Assembly: GCF_006345805.1 (NCBI RefSeq)
Contig: NC_043003.1
Coordinates: forward strand, 15,252,001 to 15,316,000
Direction of reading: 5' to 3'
DNA: 64,000 bases
Origin: Octopus sinensis
Taxonomy: Eukaryota
The translations under genes were made by a program, and so were the position numbers. Of this stretch, positions 1-10,849 are shown piece after piece. Every line of letters starts with the position of its first letter. Within the stretch, counting starts at the first letter, position 1. The notes beneath the pieces were generated by a model that saw only the letters and a list, made by a program, of their open reading frames with translations, had not been told where the DNA came from and did not search any database.

Positions 1-98
1 ATAGTAGAAGGCACATACCGAAGGTGCCACGCAGTAGGACTGAAACCGGAATCATGTGGGTTGGAAGTCAACTTCTTACCACGCAGCCACACGTGCGC
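1..98 (-). mobile_element. SINE family A, 5' part (tRNA-derived head)
   Basis: Reverse complement of GGCGCA..GGCTGTGTGGTAAG..GGTT(C)CAGTCC(C)ACTGCGTGGCACCTT seen in the other family A copies. Confidence 0.8.
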
Positions 99-163
99 CT
101 ACTGTCTTTAAATATCCCACGGTCAACCCTTCATAATATGTAGAATTTATGTAATATAAGTTA

Positions 164-169
164 TTTATT
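164..169 (-). terminator. Candidate AATAAA poly(A) signal for the SLC26 gene
   Basis: TTTATT on plus, about 125 nt downstream of the stop; AT-rich context so it may be chance. Confidence 0.3.
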
Positions 170-293
170 TTTCTACATTTATCTTTCAAGATATACAAAA
201 ATTCCAGTGTTAGTCAATTCTAAATAATTGAACTCTAGTTGTTAGTACTGACAGCGTTTTTTATAAGATAAACTTGCGAAGATTTTATCAGTG

Positions 294-2843
294 CTATAGT
301 TTCGTTACGTAGGAATCTTCCGCGGCTTCTTCGTCGGTGAAATCTTTAAGATCATAAGACTTAATTTTGTAGTTGTTATACGTTTGTGTTATTGCGCCGT
401 CCACCGTAACAAATACATTACCCGGTGGATAGACGTCAAACACGCCGGCCTGTTGCAAACTTTTGCATACACGAGGATGACATGCAGCAAGAAAAACCTG
501 TACATTTACGTGTTCGTATTCCTTGTAGATGTAGCTCAATGTATTTGCTCCCGTGGCATCGATGTAATTTACACTGGATAAATCTAATATGATGAAACGA
601 ACTGACTTCATAACATTCAGTTCTCCTTCTCGTATGCAACAACCGCCATCTTCCGGATCTGTTTCTTCGTTTTGCCCATTTATACCAGAATCCGAGCTGT
701 GTGTAATAGAATGTTTTCTTCCATTTGGGATTTCACCATTAGAAATATTGGTAATCGATGGATCCATTGTCACATGAGATACAGAAGAGTGTGGTGGTAT
801 ACGCGATTCGTCAAGATCTATCGTTTTATCCACTGAAAATGGAAATGTCTGATCTCCTATTGTAGATAAGTCGGTAGATTTTGAATCAACACTTGTCGAA
901 TGTCTGAGTATGTTCATCGTTGATAAACTCTTTTTATTTTGCTCTTGGAGTCGTTTTTCTAGTTTTTGCAGTTGTTTCAGAAGTTTCCTAGGGTTCAGAG
1001 TTTTTCGATAGAGACTATTTCGGAATATTTCCGCTGTAGCAAAATAAACGTTAGCTTCAAATCGGAATATCCTCACACCTCTAATCTCTTCTGAATGGTA
1101 AAGTTTGTGTTCTACCAACAAGTCTTCTTTAGGGAGTTGTGCAATGCGATAACTTTGAGCAAACTGACTCTGCAGAACTACCGTAATGAGAGATACGACT
1201 ACTCCGATGCCAAGACCATAATCAATGTCTAAGAAAACAACGCTGAGAAAAGTTATCAACCAGATGATGAAATCGAAGATATTGATATGCCAGAATTTTT
1301 TTAAATCAGCAATTTGAAGAAATAGGCCTTTTAATGCAATGACTATAACAGCGGCCAGTATTGATACAGGCAAAGTTTTGAACAGACTACTGATAACACT
1401 CAGTAATAAAAACATGAGAATTGCTGTAACTACTGCACTTAGAGTAGTCTTTACTCCCATTGTGCTTGCGATCATCGAACGGGGAGGAGCGACGCTCGAC
1501 GGGAAACAGAAGAAAAAGGCACTCACGAAATTACACAAGCCGTAGGCAATCAGTTCTTGCGAGTCATTTATTTCGTAATTGTGTTTCTTGGCACAGATCT
1601 TTGCCATGGCGATTGTATTGGCGAATATCAATATAGCAATGATTAAACTGTCTAGTAAAAGATCCGTGGCAATATTTAGTGGAGGCACTTTCGGTACGGG
1701 TATTTCTGATGAGATCTGGCCAACAACTTTAACGTCGTAGGTGTCAGCAAGGTTAGCAAGATAAGCTACTAGTGTACCCAGTATTACAACAACCAGCTCA
1801 ATCGGTATTGGAACTTTTAGTTTATGCTTGAACCGGTCGTTAATGCAAGATTTTACGAGTAACAGAATGATGATACATATGATTGACATGATGAGCTCTG
1901 CAACATTAGTCTTTGTTATGTTTAGGACGATGTCGCGATAGGTGTAAATTATTTTGAAAAGCCCACTGTATTTTTTTATTGATAGACCAAACATGGACGA
2001 AATCTGACTGGTGGCGATGTGTACTGCAGCTGCCGATGTAAAAGCACTGAAAAATGATTCCGATAAATAAGTAGTGATAAAACCTAAACGACATACTCCC
2101 ATTATAAGGAGGATTAATCCAGCGAGAAGAGAAGTTGTCATGGCGACTCCTTCCTTAAAGTCCATATACTCTGGTATCGATTCCCAATCGGCAGCGGAAC
2201 TATTGTGAAAAATAGAACTGTTGAAGTGATCCTTAGCAAAAATGAGAGCCTGTTTGTCAACGATACCCGCTGTCAAGATACAAATGACAGCACTTGTTCC
2301 AATGGATACATGGGGAGATGTGCCAAAAATTATGTATAAAACCACTGGCCAAAATGATGTATAAAGTCCATTTACTATTTTCACTGAAGTTAGCTTTCCG
2401 AAACCCAATGCTTGAGGAATATGCATGACGCCAACGGTTAATCCGGCTAAGAAATCCATTAGAAGATAGCTTTTTAATTTGTAATATCGTATTACTCTGA
2501 TAACTGGTAGGTAAGTACTCAACACTTTCCATAGTCTTCTCTTGGAACAATAACACTGGGATCTGACTCTTTGAGAAAGAGATGTTTTTTTTACCTTTGG
2601 TTTCCTATAAAGATTATCAAGTCGGCTTTGAGTAAGTGATGAATTTCTGTATAAAATTGAATTTACATCTTTCGAAGACTCCATTTGAACAATAGGTGGA
2701 TGTTCTCCCAAAACCATGGTACAATTCGACAATTCTCTGTTTAGCATCCCTTTTTTAATCGAAGGGTCTGGAAAAACACGAAGAAGAGAAGAATGAAAAT
2801 TAGTAAGCGGTATCAATGTATTATATCTATCCTCGTTTATCAC
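294..2843 (-). CDS. SLC26/SulP family anion transporter (prestin/pendrin/SLC26A6-like) with C-terminal STAS domain; single uninterrupted ORF
   Basis: 849-codon ORF with DFLAGLTVGVMHIPQ, GLYTSF, FGTSPHVSIG, QELIAYG, FDFIIWLITF..DIDYGLGIG, IFRFEANVYFATAE and ILDLSSVNYIDATG (STAS); ends VTKL. The track start is a GTG; first in-frame ATG is at 2747. Orthology within the family not determined. Confidence 0.95.
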   Translation of the reverse strand: MINEDRYNTLIPLTNFHSSLLRVFPDPSIKKGMLNRELSNCTMVLGEHPPIVQMESSKDVNSILYRNSSLTQSRLDNLYRKPKVKKTSLSQRVRSQCYCSKRRLWKVLSTYLPVIRVIRYYKLKSYLLMDFLAGLTVGVMHIPQALGFGKLTSVKIVNGLYTSFWPVVLYIIFGTSPHVSIGTSAVICILTAGIVDKQALIFAKDHFNSSIFHNSSAADWESIPEYMDFKEGVAMTTSLLAGLILLIMGVCRLGFITTYLSESFFSAFTSAAAVHIATSQISSMFGLSIKKYSGLFKIIYTYRDIVLNITKTNVAELIMSIICIIILLLVKSCINDRFKHKLKVPIPIELVVVILGTLVAYLANLADTYDVKVVGQISSEIPVPKVPPLNIATDLLLDSLIIAILIFANTIAMAKICAKKHNYEINDSQELIAYGLCNFVSAFFFCFPSSVAPPRSMIASTMGVKTTLSAVVTAILMFLLLSVISSLFKTLPVSILAAVIVIALKGLFLQIADLKKFWHINIFDFIIWLITFLSVVFLDIDYGLGIGVVVSLITVVLQSQFAQSYRIAQLPKEDLLVEHKLYHSEEIRGVRIFRFEANVYFATAEIFRNSLYRKTLNPRKLLKQLQKLEKRLQEQNKKSLSTMNILRHSTSVDSKSTDLSTIGDQTFPFSVDKTIDLDESRIPPHSSVSHVTMDPSITNISNGEIPNGRKHSITHSSDSGINGQNEETDPEDGGCCIREGELNVMKSVRFIILDLSSVNYIDATGANTLSYIYKEYEHVNVQVFLAACHPRVCKSLQQAGVFDVYPPGNVFVTVDGAITQTYNNYKIKSYDLKDFTDEEAAEDSYVTKL

Positions 2844-2855
2844 GGTTGTTTGCTT

Positions 2856-2876
2856 CTAAAAATAAAAAAACACCGT
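2856..2876 (-). promoter_or_regulatory. Candidate 3' splice acceptor at the start of the SLC26 coding exon
   Basis: Minus strand reads a T-rich tract ending TTTTTAG|AAGCAAACAACCGTG, 12 nt before the ORF-track start; the TAG is also the in-frame stop bounding the ORF. Confidence 0.5.
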
Positions 2877-3468
2877 GTTAAATCCAACAGTGAAAAATGA
2901 ATAATAGAATATAAATAAAAAAAAAACTAAGTTGTTCTGAGCATTGTAGATGGACTCCGGAGAGCGCTCTTGTGGTGCAAGCAGAGTCTTTGATCGCCGA
3001 ACCGAGTCATCACAGACCTATTCAGATAACCGTCACACGGTTCACGATGAACATACCGTGCTATTTCAGACCAGTGGTGAAACGAGTCACTAATAAACGA
3101 AAATACATGTTTTACTACTAATAAAAGTAAGCCGACTACTCTGAATTGAAAATGAGAATTAAAAACTGCCATAAATTATGTTTTATGTTTTAGTTATAAA
3201 CTTGCTCGAACACCTTACGTTGGAGAGTCATAGATGGGTGAACTTCTAGGTTACTGGTCTTTAAATCACAATCATACATGGCTTACGTTTGTTACTGAAG
3301 GCCAAGTTGTTTCTCTAAATAAAAATACCGACAAACTCACTGATAGTCCAGTAATCTATAAAAAGATACTACAGATTGACACAGATCTTGGTGGACAAAG
3401 GAAACCTTACATAATTAGAAAGCAGCTTCGTCAATTACACACACACACACACTCATACGTATACACCT

Positions 3469-3916
3469 GTGACGTATTGAGGGTGTGTGCCGCCCGGAGC
3501 AGCCTTCGACTTTTGCTCCCCACCCGACAATACAGACTATACAGGGTTATACAGCGGACGGCAAAGTGTCACCCACATAAAAGAAAGTGCCACCCAGAGG
3601 AAACCGCCTCCTCGTCCATTAGCTAAGCCACTGACTCACGCGCATACACACACACACACACACATACACACCCGTGACGTATTGAGGGTGTGTGCCGCCC
3701 GGAGCAGCCTTCGACTTTTGCTCCCCACCCGACAATACAGACTATACAGGGTTATACAGCGGACGGCAAAGTGTCACCCACATAAAAGAAAGTGTCACCA
3801 AGAGGAAACCACCTCCTCGTCCATTAGCTATGCCACTGACACGCGCACACACACTCCTACATATACACCTGTGGCGTATTGAGAGTGTGTGCCGCCTGCA
3901 ACAGCTTTCGACTTTT
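3469..3916. repeat. Tandem array of a ~200 bp unit (2 full copies plus a partial third)
   Basis: Unit GTGACGTATTGAGGGTGTGTGCCGCCCGGAGC... starts at 3469, 3674 and 3871, separated by (CA)n-like spacers. Confidence 0.9.
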
Positions 3917-3934
3917 ACATACGTACATCCGTAC

Positions 3935-4278
3935 ATACATGGTGGTTGTCTACTCCTTGAGCAGAATTTGACCACCTCCTGTAACTACACCTTAGCACCA
4001 TCATGGTATCTAATGTGGCTTTTTAAACTAGACAATGTTGTGAAAGGACACCCACATAGATTGCACTCCGATTTGGACCATCAAGAGCTGTTGATAAGTT
4101 CTGATCTTTGTGGATCTTTAAATGTCTCTTGAGGCCTCCGTTGAATTTCCAAACCTTCTGGCATAAATTGCATTCAAAGGTGTGCACAGACATGTAGGCA
4201 GAATAGTTGGTGGAGGTTTGTATTCCATGCATTTACCGATGAGATTTGAGGCCAGCAAAAGACAGGCACACAAAAGGT
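3935..4278 (-). pseudogene. Degenerate tandem C2H2 zinc-finger fragment, probably the 3' end of an RTE-like LINE
   Basis: FECNLCQKVWKFNGGLKRHLKIH, then after a frameshift ECNLCGCPFTTLSSLKSHIRYH*, plus an upstream partial AGLKSHR*MH; no TGEKP linkers; short 3' tail running into ATGT repeats. Confidence 0.6.
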
Positions 4279-4419
4279 CATACATACATACATACATACA
4301 TACATACATACATACATGCATACATGCATACATGCATACATACATACATACATACATACTACATACATACATACATACATACATACGTACATACATATAT
4401 ACATACATACATACATATA
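4279..4419. repeat. (TACA)n microsatellite (another at ~4820-4938)
   Basis: Direct reading. Confidence 0.95.
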
Positions 4420-4651
4420 CGAGGTTGGCCAAAAGTCACCAGACAGTAAATCAAAATTCCATAAATACTTAATATTCAATTTCATTTATTCATTCCATTT
4501 ATGAATGTTTAATAATTGAATGCTGTGAGTTAAAATCACCGTTATTTTTTCAACATTTGTCTCTTTATTAGCGAAGTCTCGTATAAAATAATTTTTTGTT
4601 TTAATCTTGGATTTCTTTTGATTTACTGTCAGGTGACTTTTGACCAACCCT
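4420..4651. mobile_element. Tc1/mariner-type MITE, ~31 bp TIRs
   Basis: Left GAGGTTGGCCAAAAGTCACCAGACAGTAAAT; right end reverse-complements to AGGGTTGGTCAAAAGTCACCTGACAGTAAAT; TA flanks. Confidence 0.75.
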
Positions 4652-5053
4652 ATATATACACAATGCTACAAATACTCACGATATCTGGGGCGATAAAAAT
4701 CTGCAAGGGTTTGTTACGATTGAAAGGATGATGGTCAAAACAAGATACTTTCTTTCACAATTTTGCTACCAATTCGGTGGACCAGTCAAGATTTACTCCA
4801 AATTAAGAGGGAAAGAGAACACACACACATACAAGCATACATACATACATACATACATACATGCATGCATACATACATACATACATACATACATACATAC
4901 ATACATACATACATACATAGACATACATACATACATACAAAAATAACCTGTTGATGTTGTTGATATTCCAATGAAGGAGCCTTGGATCTAGTTTAGAAAC
5001 TAGCTCTTTCTCTACTAGCAAGAAAGCTTGAAATAAAACTGAATAATGGCATA

Positions 5054-5618
5054 TTGGGTTGTCCGGAAAGTTCGTGCCGATCTTTAAAGGAAAGAAAAAG
5101 GTCAATAAATACTTGCCATTACATTTTTAATCAACCAAATATGAACCATTTTGTTGCACAATGCATCTCCATCTTTCCTTTAATTTGAAAATACCCTCTT
5201 CCCAGAATTGAGGTGGTTTCATGGCAAAGAATTCATCAAAGTTTCTTTTTTACGTCATCCAAGGAATTGAAATTTTTACCATTAAGACTATTCTGCAGAA
5301 ACCTGAATAAGTGGAAATCCGAAGGAGCAATATCTGGTGAATATGGAGGGTGGGGTAACACATCCCAGCCAAGCTGCAGCAATTTTTGTCTGGTTCCCAA
5401 AGTATCAAGTACTGAAAATGAACTTTCTTATCTTCCATTTTAAAGGGTTACAGAATCAACACAGGTTATAGGAACATAAATTTTCTTCCACGAAAAGATA
5501 GTTTAAACTGTGCTCTAAATGGAGTGTAGTCAAATCCTATTTTATGGACTCAACCATGTTCTAAAATAAGTCGAAAGATAAGCTACTATAAATCGGCACG
5601 ACTTTCCGGACAACCCAA
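5054..5618 (-). mobile_element. Internally deleted mariner element
   Basis: TIRs TTGGGTTGTCCGGAAAGT(T)CGTGCCGAT at both ends with TA TSD; minus strand encodes transposase C-terminus GWDVLPHPPYSPDIAPSDFHLF...LKERWRCIV. Confidence 0.9.
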
Positions 5619-5748
5619 TACATGCATGCGCACATACACACACACGTGCACCTATTTTTTATATGTATTGTATTTACCTGGATTTATTTCTGTATCACGG
5701 TTTTATGCTTGTATAAAAGCATTTGAGCCCAACGATGTTCACGGATCT

Positions 5749-5785
5749 ACGTCATAGCTGTTGAAATATAATACAAGATGGCGGC
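5749..5785 (+). promoter_or_regulatory. YY1 consensus (CAAGATGGCGGC, 5774-5785) with an upstream ACGTCA CRE half-site; possible promoter
   Basis: Motif match only, in CpG-containing sequence not recognised as a repeat. Confidence 0.3.
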
Positions 5786-6003
5786 AAGTTACGTTCGTTT
5801 GTCGTTATTGGTGCTCTGATTGTCTTCCTGAAAAGAAATAGAAAGAATTTCATACTATGTCTGCAATTCGAGATTAGTTCTGTGTTTCGGTTACCTTGCT
5901 TTAAGCCTCGATCGTCTTCGCCTTCCCTCGATTGAGTACTGAGATGAATACATTCTACCTAACTGGCACTTTATCTTATCGACATCAGAAAGATGAAATA
6001 CAT

Positions 6004-6089
<86 letters not shown>

Positions 6090-6099
6090 ATGATAATAA

Positions 6100-6400
6100 T
6101 AATAGCTCAGATACCAGGAGAACTCAAAATGGTAGAAATTCAAAAGATAGTGCTCAAGGGGGTTGCCCATATCCTACGAAAAAATACTGTCTTTTTAATC
6201 TCAAATTTTAAAACAAACTTATACTTTTCTAATGTTTTCTTGAACATTTTCTAAAACAATACTCTGTGCAAAATCAAATATATGACATCCTAGGAATAAC
6301 ATCAACAGGAACTTCTAACTTGTTGTCTCTTGAGGTCTCTGGGTGAGACTTGGAGTCAACTTGTACAAATACAAAGCAAAAGTCAAACATATAATAATAA
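6100..6400 (+). mobile_element. 3' end of an R4/Dong-like (RLE) LINE
   Basis: QIPGELKMVEIQKIVLKGVAHILRK resembles the R4/Dong C-terminus; preceded by (AAT)n(GAT)n and ending in (TAA)n. Confidence 0.6.
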
Positions 6401-6451
6401 TAATCATTTCTACTGGAGGCACAAGGCCGCACATTTGTGTGGAGTGGACTC

Positions 6452-6504
<53 letters not shown>

Positions 6505-6509
6505 CCTTC

Positions 6510-6716
6510 CTACTATAGGCCCAAGGCCTGGAATTTTAGATCAGTTTTTGGGGAGGGGAATAGTTGATTACTTAACTAGTTCTTAATTTATCAACCCCGA
6601 AAGGATACAAGGCAAAGTCGACCTCGGTGGAATTTGAACTCAGAACATAGCCGCAGACGAAATACTGCTAAGCATTTCGCCCGGCGTGCTAACGTTTCTG
6701 TCAGCTCGCCGCCTTA
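6510..6716 (-). mobile_element. SINE family B (alternative tail) between (AAT)n tracts
   Basis: GGCGGCGAGCTG..GAAACGTTAGCACGCCGGGCGAAATGC..GAGTTCAAATTCC..GAGGTCGACTTTGCC on minus. Confidence 0.85.
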
Positions 6717-6722
6717 AGTAAC

Positions 6723-6790
<68 letters not shown>

Positions 6791-9700
6791 CAATTCTTTT
6801 TTATTGGCCACAAGGGCTGACACGCATGATTACATAAAGGGACAAGACAGGACGAAAGGTTACAAAGGGTTTTGTCCGTTTGTTAAAAAAATCCGTGTAA
6901 AAAACTTTAAACAATGATTATTAAAAACAATGAAAAACTCCCAAAAGGGGGAGACGTCTCGAAATGTTCCGGTGGAAAAAACCCTACAAAAGCCAACGGG
7001 AGCCTGGTCAAAAAAAGGGGGTGTAGAGAGTCCCCTTTCTTCTCCTTTTACATTACCTTTTTCTTTGAAATCACAGGCGAAACCTGAGAACTGGTCCATT
7101 TATACAGGCCAGTCTCGCACAATTCACCCACCTTTCATAAAACTTGCTATCGGACAGCACTTTCCTCTCTAACCTCATCTTCCTTTTCAAGTGAAACTTG
7201 AAAAAGTTGATGAGGCCTTGACCAAAGAGGAAAGTGTCTGACTTTAGCCCTTTCAAACGAGTCCACCACACGACTTCTTTCGCCACAGCCACAAGGTACA
7301 AGAAAACGGCCTCGCCCTCCTTGTTAAAGGAGGTCGGCGGGGCAATCTTCACTATGGATTCGGCCGATAGTCGGATCCGTCCTACACGTGACAGTAGCTG
7401 TTCGACATAAACCCATATTTCAGCAATACTCGGGCACTGGACGAGTGCGTGCAGAACGGTTTCGTCGTCCTGGCAACACCTCGGGCAGGCCCGGCTGACG
7501 GCACTTCCGTGCCGGTAGAGTTTATCTCGAACAGGCAGAGTCCCTCGGTAGCACTGCCAGGCGAGAGACCTCTGGAAATTATCCATCGGCCCCGGCCCGA
7601 AAGTCCTCCCGAACAGACCGCTCAGTTCGTCGTCTTCAACGCCTAGAGTTTCCCCGAGAACGTCGTCGCATTTTCCCTCCACTAACCCTCTATAGAACGC
7701 TAGAGTGGAGCTGTAACCGACCGCATTGCCCGCCTGGTGGAGGGCGGAGAGGGCTTGACGGCACTCGAGGTGCCAAGCGCCCTTTCTCGGTCTACGTTTG
7801 ATCCAGGTCTGCAGCTCCGTCAAAGAGACGAGCTGCGGAAAATCGCGTCTGACAAAAGACGACCACACCTGTTCACCGTCTAGGAAGCGCTTGAGATGCC
7901 GCAGCCTGAGCGCATGTCTGCGCAACAGCAACCACGGCATTCCAAGGCCTCCGTTCAGCGGTCGTTGACAGCAGATGGATCGCCTGACCAGTGGCACCTG
8001 ACCCTTCCACAAAAAGTCGAAGAGCAGGCGTACCAGCTTGGCCAACCAGCGGTCGGGACAAGGGACGACGGTCAAGCGGTAATAGATGACGGATGCGATG
8101 TACGCATTCGCCACCTCCGCTCGACCTTTCAGGGACAGCTTCCTCTCGGCCCATTTCTGGGTGAGACGTGCCACCCTGCTCGTCACCTCTTCCCAGTTCT
8201 TATCCACCTGGAGGTCCGGACCGAACCAGACCCCGAGCAGTTTAACGGGTCCGTCTGTCCAGCGCCCTACGACGCTGTTGGACGGCATGGGCTTGCCTCT
8301 CCAGGTGCCCAGTTGCAAGCCACAGACTTTTCCGCGTTAATCTTTGCCCCTGTCACCGCTTCGTACTGGTTTAGCGTCTCGCCAATCAGGCCAATGTGCC
8401 TGTGGCTCGACACCACCACGGTGACGTCGTCGGCATAAGCAGACACGCTGTTTCCGCCTCCTAGATCGCGCGGGATACCCCTCAAAGCCTCCAACTTGCG
8501 CAGTAATGGCTCGAGAGTCAAAATGTACAAGAGGGAGGAGAGAGGGCATCCTTGGCGGACCGAACGCGAGATGTCGAACGGTTCCGAAAGGTGACCGTTC
8601 ACCCGTATCACCGAGCAGATGTTGCTGTATAAAGCAGCGATCCACCCGCGGAAGACTGGACCGAAGCCGGCTGCCTTGAGGACAGCTGCCAGGTACCGAT
8701 GGTCGACCCTATCGAAGGCTTTACTCTGATCCAAGTTGATCAAAGCCCCACCCGCGCCAGCGTCGTTACCCACCCTCTCTATGATGTAGCGCATGAGATG
8801 GAGGTTGTCGTGTATCGACCTGGTCGGCACGGAGCATGTCTGCGTCCCGCCGACCAGCTTGTCCACGACAAGCGCCAATCTCTTGGCTAGCACCTTGGCC
8901 AAAATCTTCAACTCTGCATTGAGCAGAGTGATGGGCCGGAAATTCCCTATAACGTCCCCCTTGTTTGGGTCCTTCTTTAGCAAAGCCACCACCCCTCGAC
9001 AGACAAAAGCAGGAATTCTCCCGTTTTGCTGCCAGTTGCAGTAGACGTTTGCCAACAGGTCCGCAAACAAGTCTGGCATCGAAAAGTAAAGCTCGTAGGG
9101 CAGACCATCCAAACCCGGCGATCTACCTCTCGTGCAACTCTTCATCGCTTCCTGTACTTCCCAGGCAGATATCGGTCCTTCGCAGCACTCTGCCTCGCTG
9201 TCCGAGAGTTGCGGCAGTCCGTCCAGGTACACACCGAAGTCTGTACCGTTGGTGTCCGTTCCACCGCTCGTCCCAAACAGTTGAGCAAAGTGCCGCTGAA
9301 GCACCGTACACATCTGTTTCGGTTGGGTAACCTCGCGCCCGTTCTGGTCCACCAAAGACCGAATGGTTGCTTTGTTGCCTCGCTTCGCCTCCGCCACGCG
9401 GGCCCATCGAGCGGCTCTAGTCCCCTCCCCGCTTAGCGAACGTGCCTTAGCTCTGACAACGCAGCCTTCGTGTTTGGCGTCGAAGTGTTGGTCGAGGGCC
9501 AACCTTGCCGCCAACACGTCGGTCGCGATGCCAGTGTCAAGAGCCTCGTCTAGTTTCTTAACTAAATCCCGCTCTCTCTTCCTACGTTCAATAGCTAGAG
9601 TCTTACTATACCTAATCGACTCTACTCTAATTGCTCTCTTGAGGGCAAACCACCAGTTGTTGTTGATGATTGCCCCCGTGAGCGCCCGCTTAACTAGTAA

Positions 9701-10803
9701 CTAATCCGGTCTTTGTAAGCTTTGCACGCCGTTAACGACGCGTTCAGCTTCCAGTAGCCGGGTCCCTGTCTATGTAGCCTATCTAAGTCGACCGTACAGA
9801 TCACTAATTTGTGGTCCGTATATTCGACTAGGTGGAATTGTGGACACCCTACGCTGTCCTTATCCGCTGGCCTACAAAACACTCTATCTAAGTACGATCT
9901 AGACGACCCGATGCGGTTTGTCCAAGTCCACATTGGCACATTCGGGTTGTCTAGTCGAAACCTGTCGGACAGCTGAAGCGGCCGAGTAGGTTGGCGAGGC
10001 TCTTGCACCCTCCCCCTCTCCTATCAGACGCTCCCCTGCCCACCCGATCGAAACGTTCGTCTAAGACAGCGTTCCAATCCCCAACTAGTACTAGAGTGCG
10101 TGACGTTCCCAGGAAAACTTCCAGACGTTTGAAATAATCCGACTGCCCTGCTCCTGTCGGAGCGTAGGCAGCCAGCAGTCTGAAAGCACCGCCGTCACTA
10201 CCGTCCACGTCGAGGACCACCAACTTACCTTCCGGATCCAAGAAGACTGTCCTTATTTTCAGGTCCAGGCCCTTCCGAAACAACACCGCAGTACCACCAC
10301 CGCCCGCTCCCGGCCGACACGGAGATAGAAATATCTCGTATCCGCCGAAAAGGGCTGCGAGTTCCTGCGGGTCGGAGAGCCTGGTTTCACTGATGGCTGC
10401 TACATCCACATCATGAAACCTCAGGTCGTTTAACAGGTGACCCTGTTTCCAAGGTGACCCGAGGCCTCTCACATTCAAGCAACCGATTCTAAGATTTGCC
10501 ATGTTTCAAAAGTTAGGGAAAAAAAGGAGAAAAAAGGCTCTACTTACTTTTGTTGGTGGTGGGGGTGGCTCCCTTGTGCTTTTGCACGGGTGCTTCAATG
10601 ATATTTTTGTAAAGTTTCTGAGAGAAACTTTTCCCTAACGATCCCACATCGTTAGGGAATATTTGTTTTATTTCGTTGTAAACTGTTTTGTTTATTTTAA
10701 TTGTGAGAATGTGTGCTGGTGGTGTGTTGTGTGTAGGTATTATGAAATCTGTAATGTTTGTGCTTGTTTTGTTTTTCAAATACTCAACCAGTTCCTGGTT
10801 TCT
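6791..10803 (-). mobile_element. Tx1/L1-clade LINE copy 1, 5'-truncated within ORF1, flanked by (ATT)n on both sides
   Basis: ORF1 C-terminal remnant (10540-10803), pyrimidine-rich spacer, frameshifted ORF2, 3' UTR ending GCCCTTGTGGCCAATAAAAAAGAA. Confidence 0.95.
7071..10502 (-). pseudogene. LINE ORF2 (APE endonuclease, reverse transcriptase, C-terminal Cys/His region), frameshifted
   Basis: LNVRGL, ISETRL, VGDWNAV, DHKLV, SPGLDGLP, FRPITLLN, DQSKAFDRV, VRQGCPLS, AYADD, CPRC..DETVLHALVQC spread over ORFs 9951-10502, 9694-10008, 8267-9517 and 7071-8318. Confidence 0.95.
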
Positions 10804-10849
10804 AATAATAATAATAATAATAATAATAATGGTTTGAGATTTTGGTACA

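Noticed and set aside
2927-3172. 81 aa minus ORF just upstream of SLC26
   Set aside because: No similarity recognised; lies beyond the acceptor-like site, so probably intronic.
3469-3916. CRISPR-like repeat/spacer array
   Set aside because: Units are ~200 bp direct duplications with CA spacers, in eukaryotic context with no cas genes.
4118-5105. ORFs rich in YIHT/MYVC, and similar ones at 18-22 kb, 25-26 kb, 32-35 kb, 39-41 kb, 48.6-49.2 kb and 57-63 kb
   Set aside because: Translations of (TACA)n, (TA)n, (ATCT)n, (GAT)n and (CTT)n microsatellites; not genes.
7873-9704. Overlapping and antisense ORFs within the LINEs (also 46007-48542)
   Set aside because: Expected shadows of GC-richer ORF2 sequence with no independent evidence.
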